The notes: generated from the letters alone by a model not told the origin. A stretch of 64,000 nt of DNA from a candidate division WOR-3 bacterium (GCA_965649225.1 CBFGJX010000012.1:1-64000), one strand, 5' to 3'; shown: positions 9,991 through 18,654, counted from the stretch's first letter. Numbers and translations: made by a program.

Positions 9991-11568
9991 TTAGCGGGCA
10001 TAATCGACCGCCCGGGTCTCGCGGATGACCATGACCTTGATTTGCCCGGGGTACTTCATCTCCGACTGGATCTGGGCCGCGACCTTTGCCGCCACTTCGC
10101 TGGTGCCGTCGTCCGATACCTTTTCCGGTTCCACCAGCACCCGGATTTCACGGCCGGCCTGAATCGCGTAGGCTTTCTCAACGCCCGGAAAGGCAGCGGC
10201 GATTGCCTCGAGGTTTTCCACCCGCTTGATGTAGGTCTCGAAGCTTTCGCGGCGGGCGCCGGGTCGTGAGCCGGAGACGCTGTCGGCGGCTGCAACCAGG
10301 AAAGCGTAGGGCGACGCGAGCGGGACCTCTTCGTGGTGTGCTTCGATGGCGTTGACGACGGTCGGGTCTTCGCCAAAGCGACGGGCAAGGTCAGCACCGA
10401 TGTGGGAGTGGGTGCCTTCGAGTGACTGATCGGCAGCCTTGCCGATGTCGTGCAGCAGGCCGGCACGTTTGGCCAGTTGTGGATCAAGTTCGAGTTCCTG
10501 AGCCATTAGCGAAGCGAGCAGTGCCACTTCCTTGCTGTGAAGCAGGACATTCTGGCCATAGCTGGTTCGGTATTTGAGCCGGCCGAGCAGGCGGGCGAGT
10601 TCGGCGTGCAGGCCGACGACGCCGAGTTCCAGGACAACGGCCTCGCCGGTCTGCTTGATGATGGCATTCATTTCCTCGCGGGTGCGGGCAACGACTTCCT
10701 CGATGCGGGCCGGGTGGATTCGTCCGTCGGTTACCAGTTTCTCCATCGCCAGTTTGGCGATTTCGCGGCGCACCGGGTCGAAGCCCGAGATAATGATCGC
10801 GCCTGGGGTGTCATCAATCATCACTTCGACACCGGTGAGTGTTTCAAAGGTACGAATGTTGCGGCCTTCACGGCCGATAATGCGGCCTTTGAGTTCGTCG
10901 GAGGGCAGGTCAACCACCGAGACGGTCGTGTCAGCGGCGTGAGATACGGCACAACGCTGGATCGCGGCAACGATTATTTCCCGTGCCGCCTCTTCGGCGT
11001 GCTGGCGTGCCTCTTCTTTGATGTCCTTCACCAGCTGGGCGGCCTCGAGCCGGGCTTGGTTTTCCATGTTACGCAGGAGTTCCCGTTTTGCCTCTTCACT
11101 GGACAAGCCAGCGATTCGTTCCAGCCGGGCGTTTTCCTGAGCAATCAGCTGGTCCATCCTTTCAATCTTGGCGCGCAGCAGCTTTTCCCGGGCAGTGGCT
11201 TCCCGGTCACGGCGGATGAGGTCAGCTTCTTTCTGGGTCAGAATGCTGTCGCGCCGGATCTGAGATGCCTCGCGCTCGGCCAGTTTGGCCTCAAGCCGTT
11301 CCAGCTCGCGCCGGGTAGCGCCGGTCTGCGCTTCGAACTTGAGCTTTTCGCGGTACCTTTCTTCCTTGATTTCGTTTTCGGCGTCCTGACGCCGACGGCT
11401 GATTTCTTCACGGGCTTCAGCGAGCATTTTTTCCCGTTCGGCTTCAACCGTCCGGCGCAGCTGACGGGCAGCCCGGCGGGCAGTCAGCATGCCGATAGTG
11501 AAACCAATTCCGGCAAAGACCAAGACAATAACAAATGGCAGAACCCAACCGATTCCATTAGGCAGCAT
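9991..11568 (-). CDS. rny: Ribonuclease Y
   Basis: N-term TM, coiled coil, KH (KGRIIGREGRNIR), HD (LLHDIGK), RPGARRES; ATG 11568 has SD GGAGG; the ORF-track extension runs into 6S RNA. Confidence 0.97.
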   Translation of the reverse strand: MLPNGIGWVLPFVIVLVFAGIGFTIGMLTARRAARQLRRTVEAEREKMLAEAREEISRRRQDAENEIKEERYREKLKFEAQTGATRRELERLEAKLAEREASQIRRDSILTQKEADLIRRDREATAREKLLRAKIERMDQLIAQENARLERIAGLSSEEAKRELLRNMENQARLEAAQLVKDIKEEARQHAEEAAREIIVAAIQRCAVSHAADTTVSVVDLPSDELKGRIIGREGRNIRTFETLTGVEVMIDDTPGAIIISGFDPVRREIAKLAMEKLVTDGRIHPARIEEVVARTREEMNAIIKQTGEAVVLELGVVGLHAELARLLGRLKYRTSYGQNVLLHSKEVALLASLMAQELELDPQLAKRAGLLHDIGKAADQSLEGTHSHIGADLARRFGEDPTVVNAIEAHHEEVPLASPYAFLVAAADSVSGSRPGARRESFETYIKRVENLEAIAAAFPGVEKAYAIQAGREIRVLVEPEKVSDDGTSEVAAKVAAQIQSEMKYPGQIKVMVIRETRAVDYAR

Positions 11569-11590
11569 AGTGCCTCCTGTCAAAACAATA

Positions 11591-11760
11591 CCCCGCGAGT
11601 GCCGTGTAGTGGCAAGTCTCTGAACCAAGAATACAGGTGGGCGCCTTCTGGCCAGGTTCGCGCCAGCTGTTGCCAGCCGGCGTTCCGCTGGTCTATGTCA
11701 GCACCCGGTTCTCGGGTGTTGGCTCAAGACTCAGCCGGCTATCACGAACACCGCAGGGAG
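11591..11760 (-). ncRNA. ssrS: 6S RNA
   Basis: Minus strand CCCTGCGGTGTTCGTG...TGAGCCAACA...CCCACCTG...GGTTCA...CACGGCACTCGCGGGG: complementary ends, central bubble elements, ~170 nt, located between zapA and rny as known in other bacteria. Confidence 0.88.
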
Positions 11761-11761
11761 C

Positions 11762-12025
11762 CTAACGAGCAGAATTCAGCTTCTCAATGAGCCGGTCCAG
11801 CCGGTGTGATATTTCTTCGGAGCTGATCCGGCTGGTACCGAGATGTTCGTCCAGCAGACTCAGACAGGCCAGGACCGCTGTGCGGGTGGCCGTCGGTGGC
11901 CGGAACTGGGCGTCAATCTCACGCATTCTCGTATCAATCAGACCGGCGATTTCCTGCACCCGACCCGGATCGTCGGTCCGGACATTGTATTCACTGCCGA
12001 AAACCTTAACCGTAACAGACTTCAT
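11762..12025 (-). CDS. zapA: Cell division protein ZapA
   Basis: VTVKVFGSEYNV..VQEIAGLIDTRMREI..TAVLACL; ATG 12025 with GGGAG SD. Confidence 0.85.
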   Translation of the reverse strand: MKSVTVKVFGSEYNVRTDDPGRVQEIAGLIDTRMREIDAQFRPPTATRTAVLACLSLLDEHLGTSRISSEEISHRLDRLIEKLNSAR

Positions 12026-12041
12026 TGGCTCCCGTCGCACT

Positions 12042-12070
12042 ACTCTATGACGGGGAGTCAAGCTTGTCAA
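12042..12070 (-). promoter_or_regulatory. sigma70-like promoter for zapA-6S-rny
   Basis: Minus strand TTGACA-17-TAGAGT inside end of zapB. Confidence 0.55.
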
Positions 12071-12251
12071 TCAGGGAGTCCAGACGGTTTTCGAGCTCGC
12101 GGCGGATGCAGGCGGCCTCGGCCAGCCGGGCGGCAAGTTCGGCCTTTTCCTTCTTGAGCCGGGCCACGAGCTCAAGTACTGATGAAACCTGCTGCTCGAG
12201 TTGGCGCAGCCGGGCCTCGATTCCGTCCGGAGATTGCGGATGCTGTTTCAT
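12045..12251 (-). CDS. zapB: ZapB-like coiled-coil protein
   Basis: 68 aa heptad coiled coil (LEQQVSSVLELVARLKKEKAEL..RLDSLIDKL) immediately upstream of zapA. Confidence 0.7.
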   Translation of the reverse strand: MKQHPQSPDGIEARLRQLEQQVSSVLELVARLKKEKAELAARLAEAACIRRELENRLDSLIDKLDSPS

Positions 12252-12256
12252 CCCGG

Positions 12257-13063
12257 TCAATGGGGTACCAATCGGAGCCCTTGAACCCGCTGAAAGCGGC
12301 AGATTACCTTGAGCCAGCCTTCAGGGGCAGTGATGGCACAAGCCTCGATTCGGGCGTAGTAGCCGTCGTGCGTGCGGCAGCCGATTGCGCAGGGGATGCG
12401 GACAAGATCGGAGTAGTTGAACCAGTAGAGCGATGAATAGGGCGGCAGAGCGGCGGTGTCGAGCGCCATCGGGTCGGTGAATTCAGTTGAACGCCAGTCG
12501 GCACTGGATACGCCGCCACCCGGGTCGGCCGGTGCCATGTCCGGGCTGGCAATCGAATAGGGCGGTTGCGGGACTCTGCCGGCGTGGAAGTCGGTGATGT
12601 AGAGGTCGACGGCGGCAGCCGAACCGGAACGGTTCATCGGCAGACTGCGTGCCCGGCCGGTTGTGCGGTCCCAACCCAGGCCCGAGTTGCCCGAAGAGTT
12701 CAGTTCCGCCAGCACAATCGTATCGGTAGTAACGGGTATTGTTGACGGTTCTGTCACGGCGACGTGACGCTCGTCACCGTAGCGGGCGCTGACCCGGTAA
12801 TCGCCGGTCCGACCCTGCGGGTCATGGACGAACAGATTGAGGCTGGTTTCGCCGACAAGTACAAAGGCTGTTTCGCCAGCGGGACGAAACCAGACTTCAT
12901 ACCCGTCCGGTGTTTCGGCAGCCGGTATGCTCCAGATGACCTTGACCGTGCTGTCGCTCGCAGCGGTGAGCCGGACGTTGAATGGCCGGCGTTGATCGCG
13001 CCCGCAGCTCAGAGTTAGAGCAGTGAGCAGCGTCAGTGTCGTGCCGGCGACTAACGGTCGCAT
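12257..13063 (-). CDS. Lipoprotein, paralog 1 of tandem family (FN3-like + HmuY-like domain)
   Basis: Lipobox LTLS-C after ATG 13063; shares ELN..GNSG.GW.R, VD.YI.DF, YYA, FQ.V.GLRL with neighbours. Confidence 0.75.
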   Translation of the reverse strand: MRPLVAGTTLTLLTALTLSCGRDQRRPFNVRLTAASDSTVKVIWSIPAAETPDGYEVWFRPAGETAFVLVGETSLNLFVHDPQGRTGDYRVSARYGDERHVAVTEPSTIPVTTDTIVLAELNSSGNSGLGWDRTTGRARSLPMNRSGSAAAVDLYITDFHAGRVPQPPYSIASPDMAPADPGGGVSSADWRSTEFTDPMALDTAALPPYSSLYWFNYSDLVRIPCAIGCRTHDGYYARIEACAITAPEGWLKVICRFQRVQGLRLVPH

Positions 13064-13074
13064 TGCTGACTTTG

Positions 13075-13923
13075 CTACCGGCGATGCCGGATGAGGCGCA
13101 GGCCGGGTACAAGCTGAAACCACGTCTCCAGCCGGCACGTGCCGGTGACCGCGTTGACTTCGTGGACCTTGACAAGCGCGTAGTGCCGTGGGTCCTCGCC
13201 GGCAGTGTAGACCGCAATCAGTGCTGGCAGCTGCGACAGCTCGGTGTAGATGAAGTAATTTGGTGGCGAAGGACGGAATGCCGGCAACGGGCTGTCTTCG
13301 TCGGCAAGGAGATTGGAGAAACCGTTACGCCGCCACTGGGCGCTGGGTACGATGCCAACTGCTCCAAGGTCGATCGATTCGGCCTTGTCCGGGCTGACCA
13401 GGGCGTAGGGCGAGCGGTTGTGGCCGGGCTGGAAGTCCGAAACGTAAAAATCGACGGCGCCGGCGCTGGCCGTCTGAGTCATCGAGAAGTAACCGCCGAT
13501 GCCGGAGTCGCGTTGCCAGCCATAGGCACAGCGGCTGCTGTCGGCGTTGAGCTCAAACAACGTCAGGGTATCGCCGTGGACCGGCACTGTTGTCGGTCGA
13601 TCCTTGCCATCATAGCTGTCGCTGCCGAAAACTGCCGTGACCCGATAAGTCCCGGTGTAGCCGTTCGGGTTGTGTATGTAGGAGGTGGCGGTGGTTTCGC
13701 CAATGAAGGTGAAGGTTGTTTCTCCGACGGGCCTGAAGTAGATAAGATAGTTGTCGGCAGTTCCTTCGATCGGGGCGGTCCAGACAATCTGGACGGTCGA
13801 GTCGGTGGCAGAACCAACCTGGACGTTCAGCGGCGGGCCGCCGAGAACACCGCAACCAGCAATCAGGATTGCAATAATGGCGGCGCCGGCACTCAGCACA
13901 GCAAGTGAAACAGTTCTTTTCAC
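13075..13923 (-). CDS. Lipoprotein, paralog 2 of tandem family
   Basis: GTG start with GGAGG SD, lipobox IAG-C, same conserved blocks, ends WFQLVPGLRLIRHRR. Confidence 0.8.
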   Translation of the reverse strand: MKRTVSLAVLSAGAAIIAILIAGCGVLGGPPLNVQVGSATDSTVQIVWTAPIEGTADNYLIYFRPVGETTFTFIGETTATSYIHNPNGYTGTYRVTAVFGSDSYDGKDRPTTVPVHGDTLTLFELNADSSRCAYGWQRDSGIGGYFSMTQTASAGAVDFYVSDFQPGHNRSPYALVSPDKAESIDLGAVGIVPSAQWRRNGFSNLLADEDSPLPAFRPSPPNYFIYTELSQLPALIAVYTAGEDPRHYALVKVHEVNAVTGTCRLETWFQLVPGLRLIRHRR

Positions 13924-13974
13924 GTCAGACCTCCTCAGGCCAATGATGTGGTTCGCTTCACGGCCACTGGCGAG

Positions 13975-14003
13975 AGGCTAGTGGGGTGCGCCTGCAATGT
14001 CAA
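13975..14003 (-). promoter_or_regulatory. sigma70-like promoter for lipoprotein paralog 2
   Basis: Minus strand TTGACA-17-TAGCCT just after upstream terminator. Confidence 0.65.
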
Positions 14004-14008
14004 GACGC

Positions 14009-14042
14009 AAAAAACTGGCCCCGGCAATCTGCCGGGGCCAGT
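14009..14042 (-). terminator. Intrinsic terminator after lipoprotein paralog 3
   Basis: 13-bp inverted repeat ACTGGCCCCGGCA/TGCCGGGGCCAGT followed by a T run on the minus strand. Confidence 0.85.
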
Positions 14043-14055
14043 GGAAAGAATTCGA

Positions 14056-14874
14056 TCAGTGCTGAATCAGCCGGAGTCCCTTTATCGTCTGGAACCAGGA
14101 CTGAACCTGGACGGTGCCATTGCCGTAATTGTAGCCGGAAAGCTTGACAAGCGCGTAGTAGTCGTCGGCGTTGGTGTGGCAGCCGACCAGCACCGGGTCA
14201 GACGAGAGCTCGGTATAGTTGAAGTACACGGTCGGCGAGTGGGCGGGAAGTGGTGCGTTTTCGTCCGTAAGGGGATTGGTGAAACCGTTGACGCGCCATG
14301 AACCGGCTGGCACCACTGCGCCCGGGTCGCTTGGACCAAGGTCCGGGCTGGCGATGTGGTACGGCGTGCTGGATGAATTGGCGGCGAAGTTCGTGATATA
14401 GAAGTCGACACTGGCGGCATTGCTGGCCTGAGTCATTGAGTAGGTCGAGGCAGTGCCAGTGGAACGAGCCCAGCCGTAACCGGAGTTACCGGCGGCGTTC
14501 AACTCGGAGACCGAGGTGGCCGCATTGGCGACCGGTGCGGAGCTGGGAATGGTGAGGGCTTCGTACTCGGTGCCGCCAAAGTCGGAGGCAACCTTGTACT
14601 TGCCGGTCTTGCCGGCCGGGTCGTGGGTATAGGTGGTCGAAGTCGGCTCGCCGAGTTTGGTATAGGTCGAGGTCCCGGTTGCCATGAAGTACACGACGTA
14701 CTTGTCGGGTGTGCCTTCGATTGGAGCGTCCCAAGTGATCTTGACCGTGCTGTCGGTAGCAGCCTCCAGCTTGACGTTGATCGGTGCTCCGCCGGAAATG
14801 ACGTCGCACTGCACCAGCAGCAGGGCGGGCAGAGCCAGCAGGCCGATCGCAAGAATGCTCAGTAGTTTTTTCAT
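14056..14874 (-). CDS. Lipoprotein, paralog 3 of tandem family
   Basis: MKKLLSIL signal with Cys (LLVQ-C), SD AAGGGAGG, same conserved blocks, ends WFQTIKGLRLIQH. Confidence 0.8.
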   Translation of the reverse strand: MKKLLSILAIGLLALPALLLVQCDVISGGAPINVKLEAATDSTVKITWDAPIEGTPDKYVVYFMATGTSTYTKLGEPTSTTYTHDPAGKTGKYKVASDFGGTEYEALTIPSSAPVANAATSVSELNAAGNSGYGWARSTGTASTYSMTQASNAASVDFYITNFAANSSSTPYHIASPDLGPSDPGAVVPAGSWRVNGFTNPLTDENAPLPAHSPTVYFNYTELSSDPVLVGCHTNADDYYALVKLSGYNYGNGTVQVQSWFQTIKGLRLIQH

Positions 14875-14890
14875 TTATCCTCCCTTGGGA

Positions 14891-15178
14891 CTAGCGCCCG
14901 GTACGCGGCGGCTTGCCTGTCGGCGCCGGCTGAGTGCCACCCGGCTGCTTGGCCGGAGCCTTGGCGGGAGCGACCGGTTTCTTGGCTTCCATCTCCTTTA
15001 TCACGCCGGCCAGTGAGTCGCGCTCGGCGGTCAGCTTCGCGACCTGGCCTTCCAGTTCGGTGATTTGCTGGGTCTTCTGGTCAAGCTGGCCCTGCAGCTC
15101 GGTTACCTTCTTGGTGTCCTGGCAACCGATGAGAGCCACTATGGCGACCAGCGTCACAGCGGTCAGTGCCTTCTTCAC
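14891..15178 (-). CDS. Small coiled-coil lipoprotein with Pro/Ala/Lys-rich tail
   Basis: Lipobox LIG-C, heptad repeat QDTKKVTELQGQLDQKTQQITELEGQVAKL, SD AAGGAGG. Confidence 0.8.
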   Translation of the reverse strand: MKKALTAVTLVAIVALIGCQDTKKVTELQGQLDQKTQQITELEGQVAKLTAERDSLAGVIKEMEAKKPVAPAKAPAKQPGGTQPAPTGKPPRTGR

Positions 15179-15309
15179 TGCATCCTCCTTTTTGCCGGGG
15201 TGAACCCGGCATCTGCAATTCTTGAGTCATCCTGGTGCTTCGGACCGCAGCCCGAGCACCCGCAAGTTACCCTAACAAAAGCGACAATCGAACTATCGAC
15301 TGTCGGGAG

Positions 15310-15337
15310 ATTGTATGGCATGACACTGCAATGTCAA
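15310..15337 (-). promoter_or_regulatory. Strong sigma70-like promoter for lipoprotein operon
   Basis: Minus strand TTGACA-16-TACAAT. Confidence 0.75.
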
Positions 15338-15386
15338 TAGCCAGAGAGAGTTACAATCCCGGGCGTCCGGTTATTCCGTTGCTTGC

Positions 15387-15414
15387 TTGACCGCGAGGGC
15401 CGTCTGGCTAGTTT
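15387..15414 (+). promoter_or_regulatory. sigma70-like promoter (leaderless asparaginase gene)
   Basis: TTGACC-16-TAGTTT, ATG 7 nt downstream. Confidence 0.6.
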
Positions 15415-15421
15415 TCAAGTG

Positions 15422-16348
15422 ATGACAATGCTGCTGACTAACTGTGAAGGACGATCGGGGGTCGTGGCGGCGCAGACGGTACTTGCAGAGGGGGGCAGCG
15501 CTTTGGACGCAGTTGAAGCCGGTATCCGGGTCGTCGAAAGCGATGAATCGGTGGATTCGGTCGGCCGTGGCGGTACGCCGGACGTCCTTGGCACGATGGC
15601 CTGTGATGCGGCAGTGATGGATGGCACAACACTTGAAGCCGGGGCGGTCGGGGCGCTTGCGGGTTTCCTTCATCCGGTATCAGTTGCGCGGGAAGTGATG
15701 CGGCGTCTACCCCACGTTTTGCTGGTTGGCGATGGTGCGGCGAGGTTTGCAGCGGAAACCGGGGCCGAACGGGGAGAACTTCTGACTGAGCGGGCACGGG
15801 AAGAGTATCGGCGCTGGCTGGAAACGGAACTCAGTCAAACCGAACGCAGGAAACTGACACAGGGCCGGCTGATTGATGCAGTCTGGGCCGCCGCCCGCTA
15901 CGTCACCAGTCGCGGTACAGTTGTGTTCCTTTGTCGGGACCGGCAGGGCAACATTGCCGCCGGGACAAGCACATCGGGCTGGGCTTACCGCTATCCCGGC
16001 CGGCTGGGCGATTCGCCGATTGTCGGCGCCGGCTTGTATGCTGACTCGCGCTACGGCGCCTGTGGCTGCACCCATGCCGGTGAGATGACAATTCGCTGCG
16101 CGACCGCACGCTCGGTCGTGCAGTACCTCAAGAGCGGCATGGATGTGCGAGAGGCGTGTGGTGCGGCAATTCAGGACCTGCGGGAACTGCGGGGCGGCTA
16201 TCTGGGCCAGGTGATGATTCACGCAATCGACCGTGCCGGCAATCCGTGGGTGATGAGTACGCATGACCTCGGCGAAAAGCGCAACGCCTACTACTGGGGT
16301 GAAGGACAGGAAGTGCGCCGGCTCAGAGCCGAGGTGCCAAAAACCTGA
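15422..16348 (+). CDS. Type 2 asparaginase family Ntn-hydrolase (glycosylasparaginase / isoaspartyl peptidase)
   Basis: GGSALDAVEAG, SVGRGG, DAAVMDG, G-T nucleophile (RGTVV), AAGTSTSG, GRLGDSPIVGAG. Confidence 0.9.
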   Translation: MTMLLTNCEGRSGVVAAQTVLAEGGSALDAVEAGIRVVESDESVDSVGRGGTPDVLGTMACDAAVMDGTTLEAGAVGALAGFLHPVSVAREVMRRLPHVLLVGDGAARFAAETGAERGELLTERAREEYRRWLETELSQTERRKLTQGRLIDAVWAAARYVTSRGTVVFLCRDRQGNIAAGTSTSGWAYRYPGRLGDSPIVGAGLYADSRYGACGCTHAGEMTIRCATARSVVQYLKSGMDVREACGAAIQDLRELRGGYLGQVMIHAIDRAGNPWVMSTHDLGEKRNAYYWGEGQEVRRLRAEVPKT

Positions 16349-16370
16349 CAAACCAAGTGCAGGTGCTGGC

Positions 16371-16398
16371 TTGACGCGACCGAGACGAGAAATATCCT
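16371..16398 (+). promoter_or_regulatory. sigma70-like promoter (leaderless glmU-like gene)
   Basis: TTGACG-16-TATCCT, ATG 6 nt downstream. Confidence 0.7.
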
Positions 16399-16404
16399 GA
16401 CGCG

Positions 16405-17589
16405 ATGATCTGCGTTTATGAGGAAGAGGGCCTTGAGCGTTTGTCGCCGCTCGTTGACCTGCGGCCGGTGTTCGACCTGCGCTGCGGTCGGTTCACGCTG
16501 CTGGAGAAGATTAAGCAGTTGTATCCAAGAGAGCGATTGCTGCTCTGGGTGAGGCCGGAATTGGCCGAAGTTACCTTGGAACGACACCCGGATTGCCGTG
16601 TCAACGGCGCGGCGAAAGGGGTCAGGTTGTTTTTGTCCGGCCGCGCCATCTTTGCCGAGTCGGTGGCGCCAGCCGGGCCGGATTCGGTGCTGTTGGCCGG
16701 CGAGGAAGTCGTGGGTTTTCGCGTGTCGGCCGGGCAGGTGGAGAAGATCGAATCAGTTGCTGGTCTGCGGACGGCCCTCGCCGAACAACCGGTGAAGGCA
16801 CGGGTTATACACTGGCCCTGGGATTTGGTGGAGTTGACTCCTTCAGAACTGGAAAGAGAGATTCCGAAGTCCAGGACGCAGCAGCCGAAACCGGACAAAG
16901 GAGCAGTCGTGCTGGGTCGTGGGCGGCTGGTGATGGCGCGGGGCGCACGAGTGTGGCCGGGCGCAACTGTCAGCACCGAGACCGGGCCGGTGATGCTGGA
17001 TGAAAACGCTCAGGTGCGACCGGGGAGTTTCGTCGAAGGACCCTGCTATGTCGGTCCCGGTACGCTGATCGATGGCGCGCGGGTGCGCCCGGGCTGCAGT
17101 TTTGGTCCGCAGTGCCGGGTCGGGGGCGAGGTCGAGGCGAGCGTGTTTCAAGGCTATGCCAACAAGCATCACGACGGGTTCATCGGGCACAGCTTCGTGG
17201 GCGAATGGGTAAATCTCGGGGCACTGACTACTAACTCGGATTTGAAAAATACCTACGAAAACGTCACGGTCTTTTTCCGGGACGGAGTGGTGGATACCGG
17301 GCTGGTCAAGGTGGGCGCTTTTTTCGGCGACCATGCCAAGAGCGCAATCGGGTCACTGTTCAATACCGGCTGCCGGGTCGGTATTTTTGCCAACTGGTTC
17401 GAGCCGGGATTGGCCCGCAAGGAGCTGGCGCCGTTTTCGTGGGGGCGGCACGGGGTCTGGTCGGAAGCAGCGGCAGTAATGAATGCCCGGACGGTGATGG
17501 CGCGGCGGGGAGTGAAGATGAGTGATGGGTTGGAGAAGCTGATTCGGTTGCGGTATCGCGAGAGCGTTCGCAGCAAGGGCAAGGACTGA
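16405..17589 (+). CDS. Alternative (FCB-type) GlmU-like sugar nucleotidyltransferase/acetyltransferase
   Basis: L.PL..LRPVFDLRCG.FTL.EK N-term; hexapeptide region GGEVEAS..NKHHDGFIGHS.VGEWVNLGA.T.NSDLKNTY. Confidence 0.85.
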   Translation: MICVYEEEGLERLSPLVDLRPVFDLRCGRFTLLEKIKQLYPRERLLLWVRPELAEVTLERHPDCRVNGAAKGVRLFLSGRAIFAESVAPAGPDSVLLAGEEVVGFRVSAGQVEKIESVAGLRTALAEQPVKARVIHWPWDLVELTPSELEREIPKSRTQQPKPDKGAVVLGRGRLVMARGARVWPGATVSTETGPVMLDENAQVRPGSFVEGPCYVGPGTLIDGARVRPGCSFGPQCRVGGEVEASVFQGYANKHHDGFIGHSFVGEWVNLGALTTNSDLKNTYENVTVFFRDGVVDTGLVKVGAFFGDHAKSAIGSLFNTGCRVGIFANWFEPGLARKELAPFSWGRHGVWSEAAAVMNARTVMARRGVKMSDGLEKLIRLRYRESVRSKGKD

Positions 17590-18654
17590 TTGATGCCGGC
17601 GCGCAGGCAGTCAGCGGACCCGAGAACAGACCGGCTGACAAGGCTTGATCTCGGGATTGACCTCGGCGCCACCAACATCAAGCTCGGGCTGGTTGATGTG
17701 TCGGGCAAAGTGCTGGCCCGGGAAACTCTGCCGACACGCGGACGCGAGGGCCCGAGGCTAGTGTTGAAGCGGGTAGCTGAGACGGGACTGCGGCTGGCAG
17801 CGGGACGGCGATTGCGTTCAATCGGCATTGGATTGCCGGGGCTGGTTGATCACGTTCAGGGCATCGTCCGTGTCCCGCCCAACCTGCCCAAGTGGGATGG
17901 CGCACCGGTGAAGTACCTGCTGGAACAACTGACGGGTGTGCCGGTTTTTTGCGCCAACGATGTCAACGCCGTGACACTGGGTGAGTGGCTGTACGGCGCC
18001 GGCCGGGGCTGCCGTGATCTGCTGTGTGTGACTCTGGGCACGGGCCTTGGTGGCGGCATCGTTGCCGGCGGTCGGCTGGTGCTGGGGGCAAATCACGCCG
18101 CTGGTGAAATTGGCCACACCAGCATCGATCAGCGTGGACTGCTCTGCAAATGCGGCAACCGTGGCTGCGTCGAACGCTATGTCGGCGCCGCCTACATCGT
18201 TGACCGGGCTCGGCGACGGCTGCGGGCACAACTGCGCCGGATCAAGACGCATCGTAATCAGTTGCCGATGTTTGACGGTGTCAGCGTTGACCGGCCCAGC
18301 CTGATGCTGGAACTTGCCGGCGACGATATTGATGCGGTGACAACCAAAGTCATCGGTCAGGCGGCCCGGCGCGGCGACCGGCTGGCAGTCGCGCTGGTAG
18401 AAGAGGTTGGCGCAGCGCTGGGCGCCGGCCTGGCTAATGCGGTGCAGCTGCTTGATCCGGAGCGAATCGTTGTCGGGGGTGGCGTCAGCGGGCTGGGCAG
18501 ACCATTGCTGCGGGCGACACGGCGGGTGCTCGCCGAGCGGGTACCGGCCTTTCCGGGCCGGCGGATTTCAGTTGTGCTGTCGAAACTGGGACGGGATGCC
18601 GGGGTCGTCGGAGCAAGCCGGCTTGCCGACTGCCGGCCAGGTTGGGAACTTTAG
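17590..18654 (+). CDS. ROK family sugar kinase
   Basis: GIDLGATNIK, NDVNA..LGE, TLGTGLGGG, GEIGH, CKCGNRGCVE. Confidence 0.92.
   Translation: MMPARRQSADPRTDRLTRLDLGIDLGATNIKLGLVDVSGKVLARETLPTRGREGPRLVLKRVAETGLRLAAGRRLRSIGIGLPGLVDHVQGIVRVPPNLPKWDGAPVKYLLEQLTGVPVFCANDVNAVTLGEWLYGAGRGCRDLLCVTLGTGLGGGIVAGGRLVLGANHAAGEIGHTSIDQRGLLCKCGNRGCVERYVGAAYIVDRARRRLRAQLRRIKTHRNQLPMFDGVSVDRPSLMLELAGDDIDAVTTKVIGQAARRGDRLAVALVEEVGAALGAGLANAVQLLDPERIVVGGGVSGLGRPLLRATRRVLAERVPAFPGRRISVVLSKLGRDAGVVGASRLADCRPGWEL

Noticed and set aside
10537..11790. 417 aa plus-strand ORF
   Set aside because: Antisense shadow of rny and 6S RNA; no motifs. Long shadows are expected at this GC content
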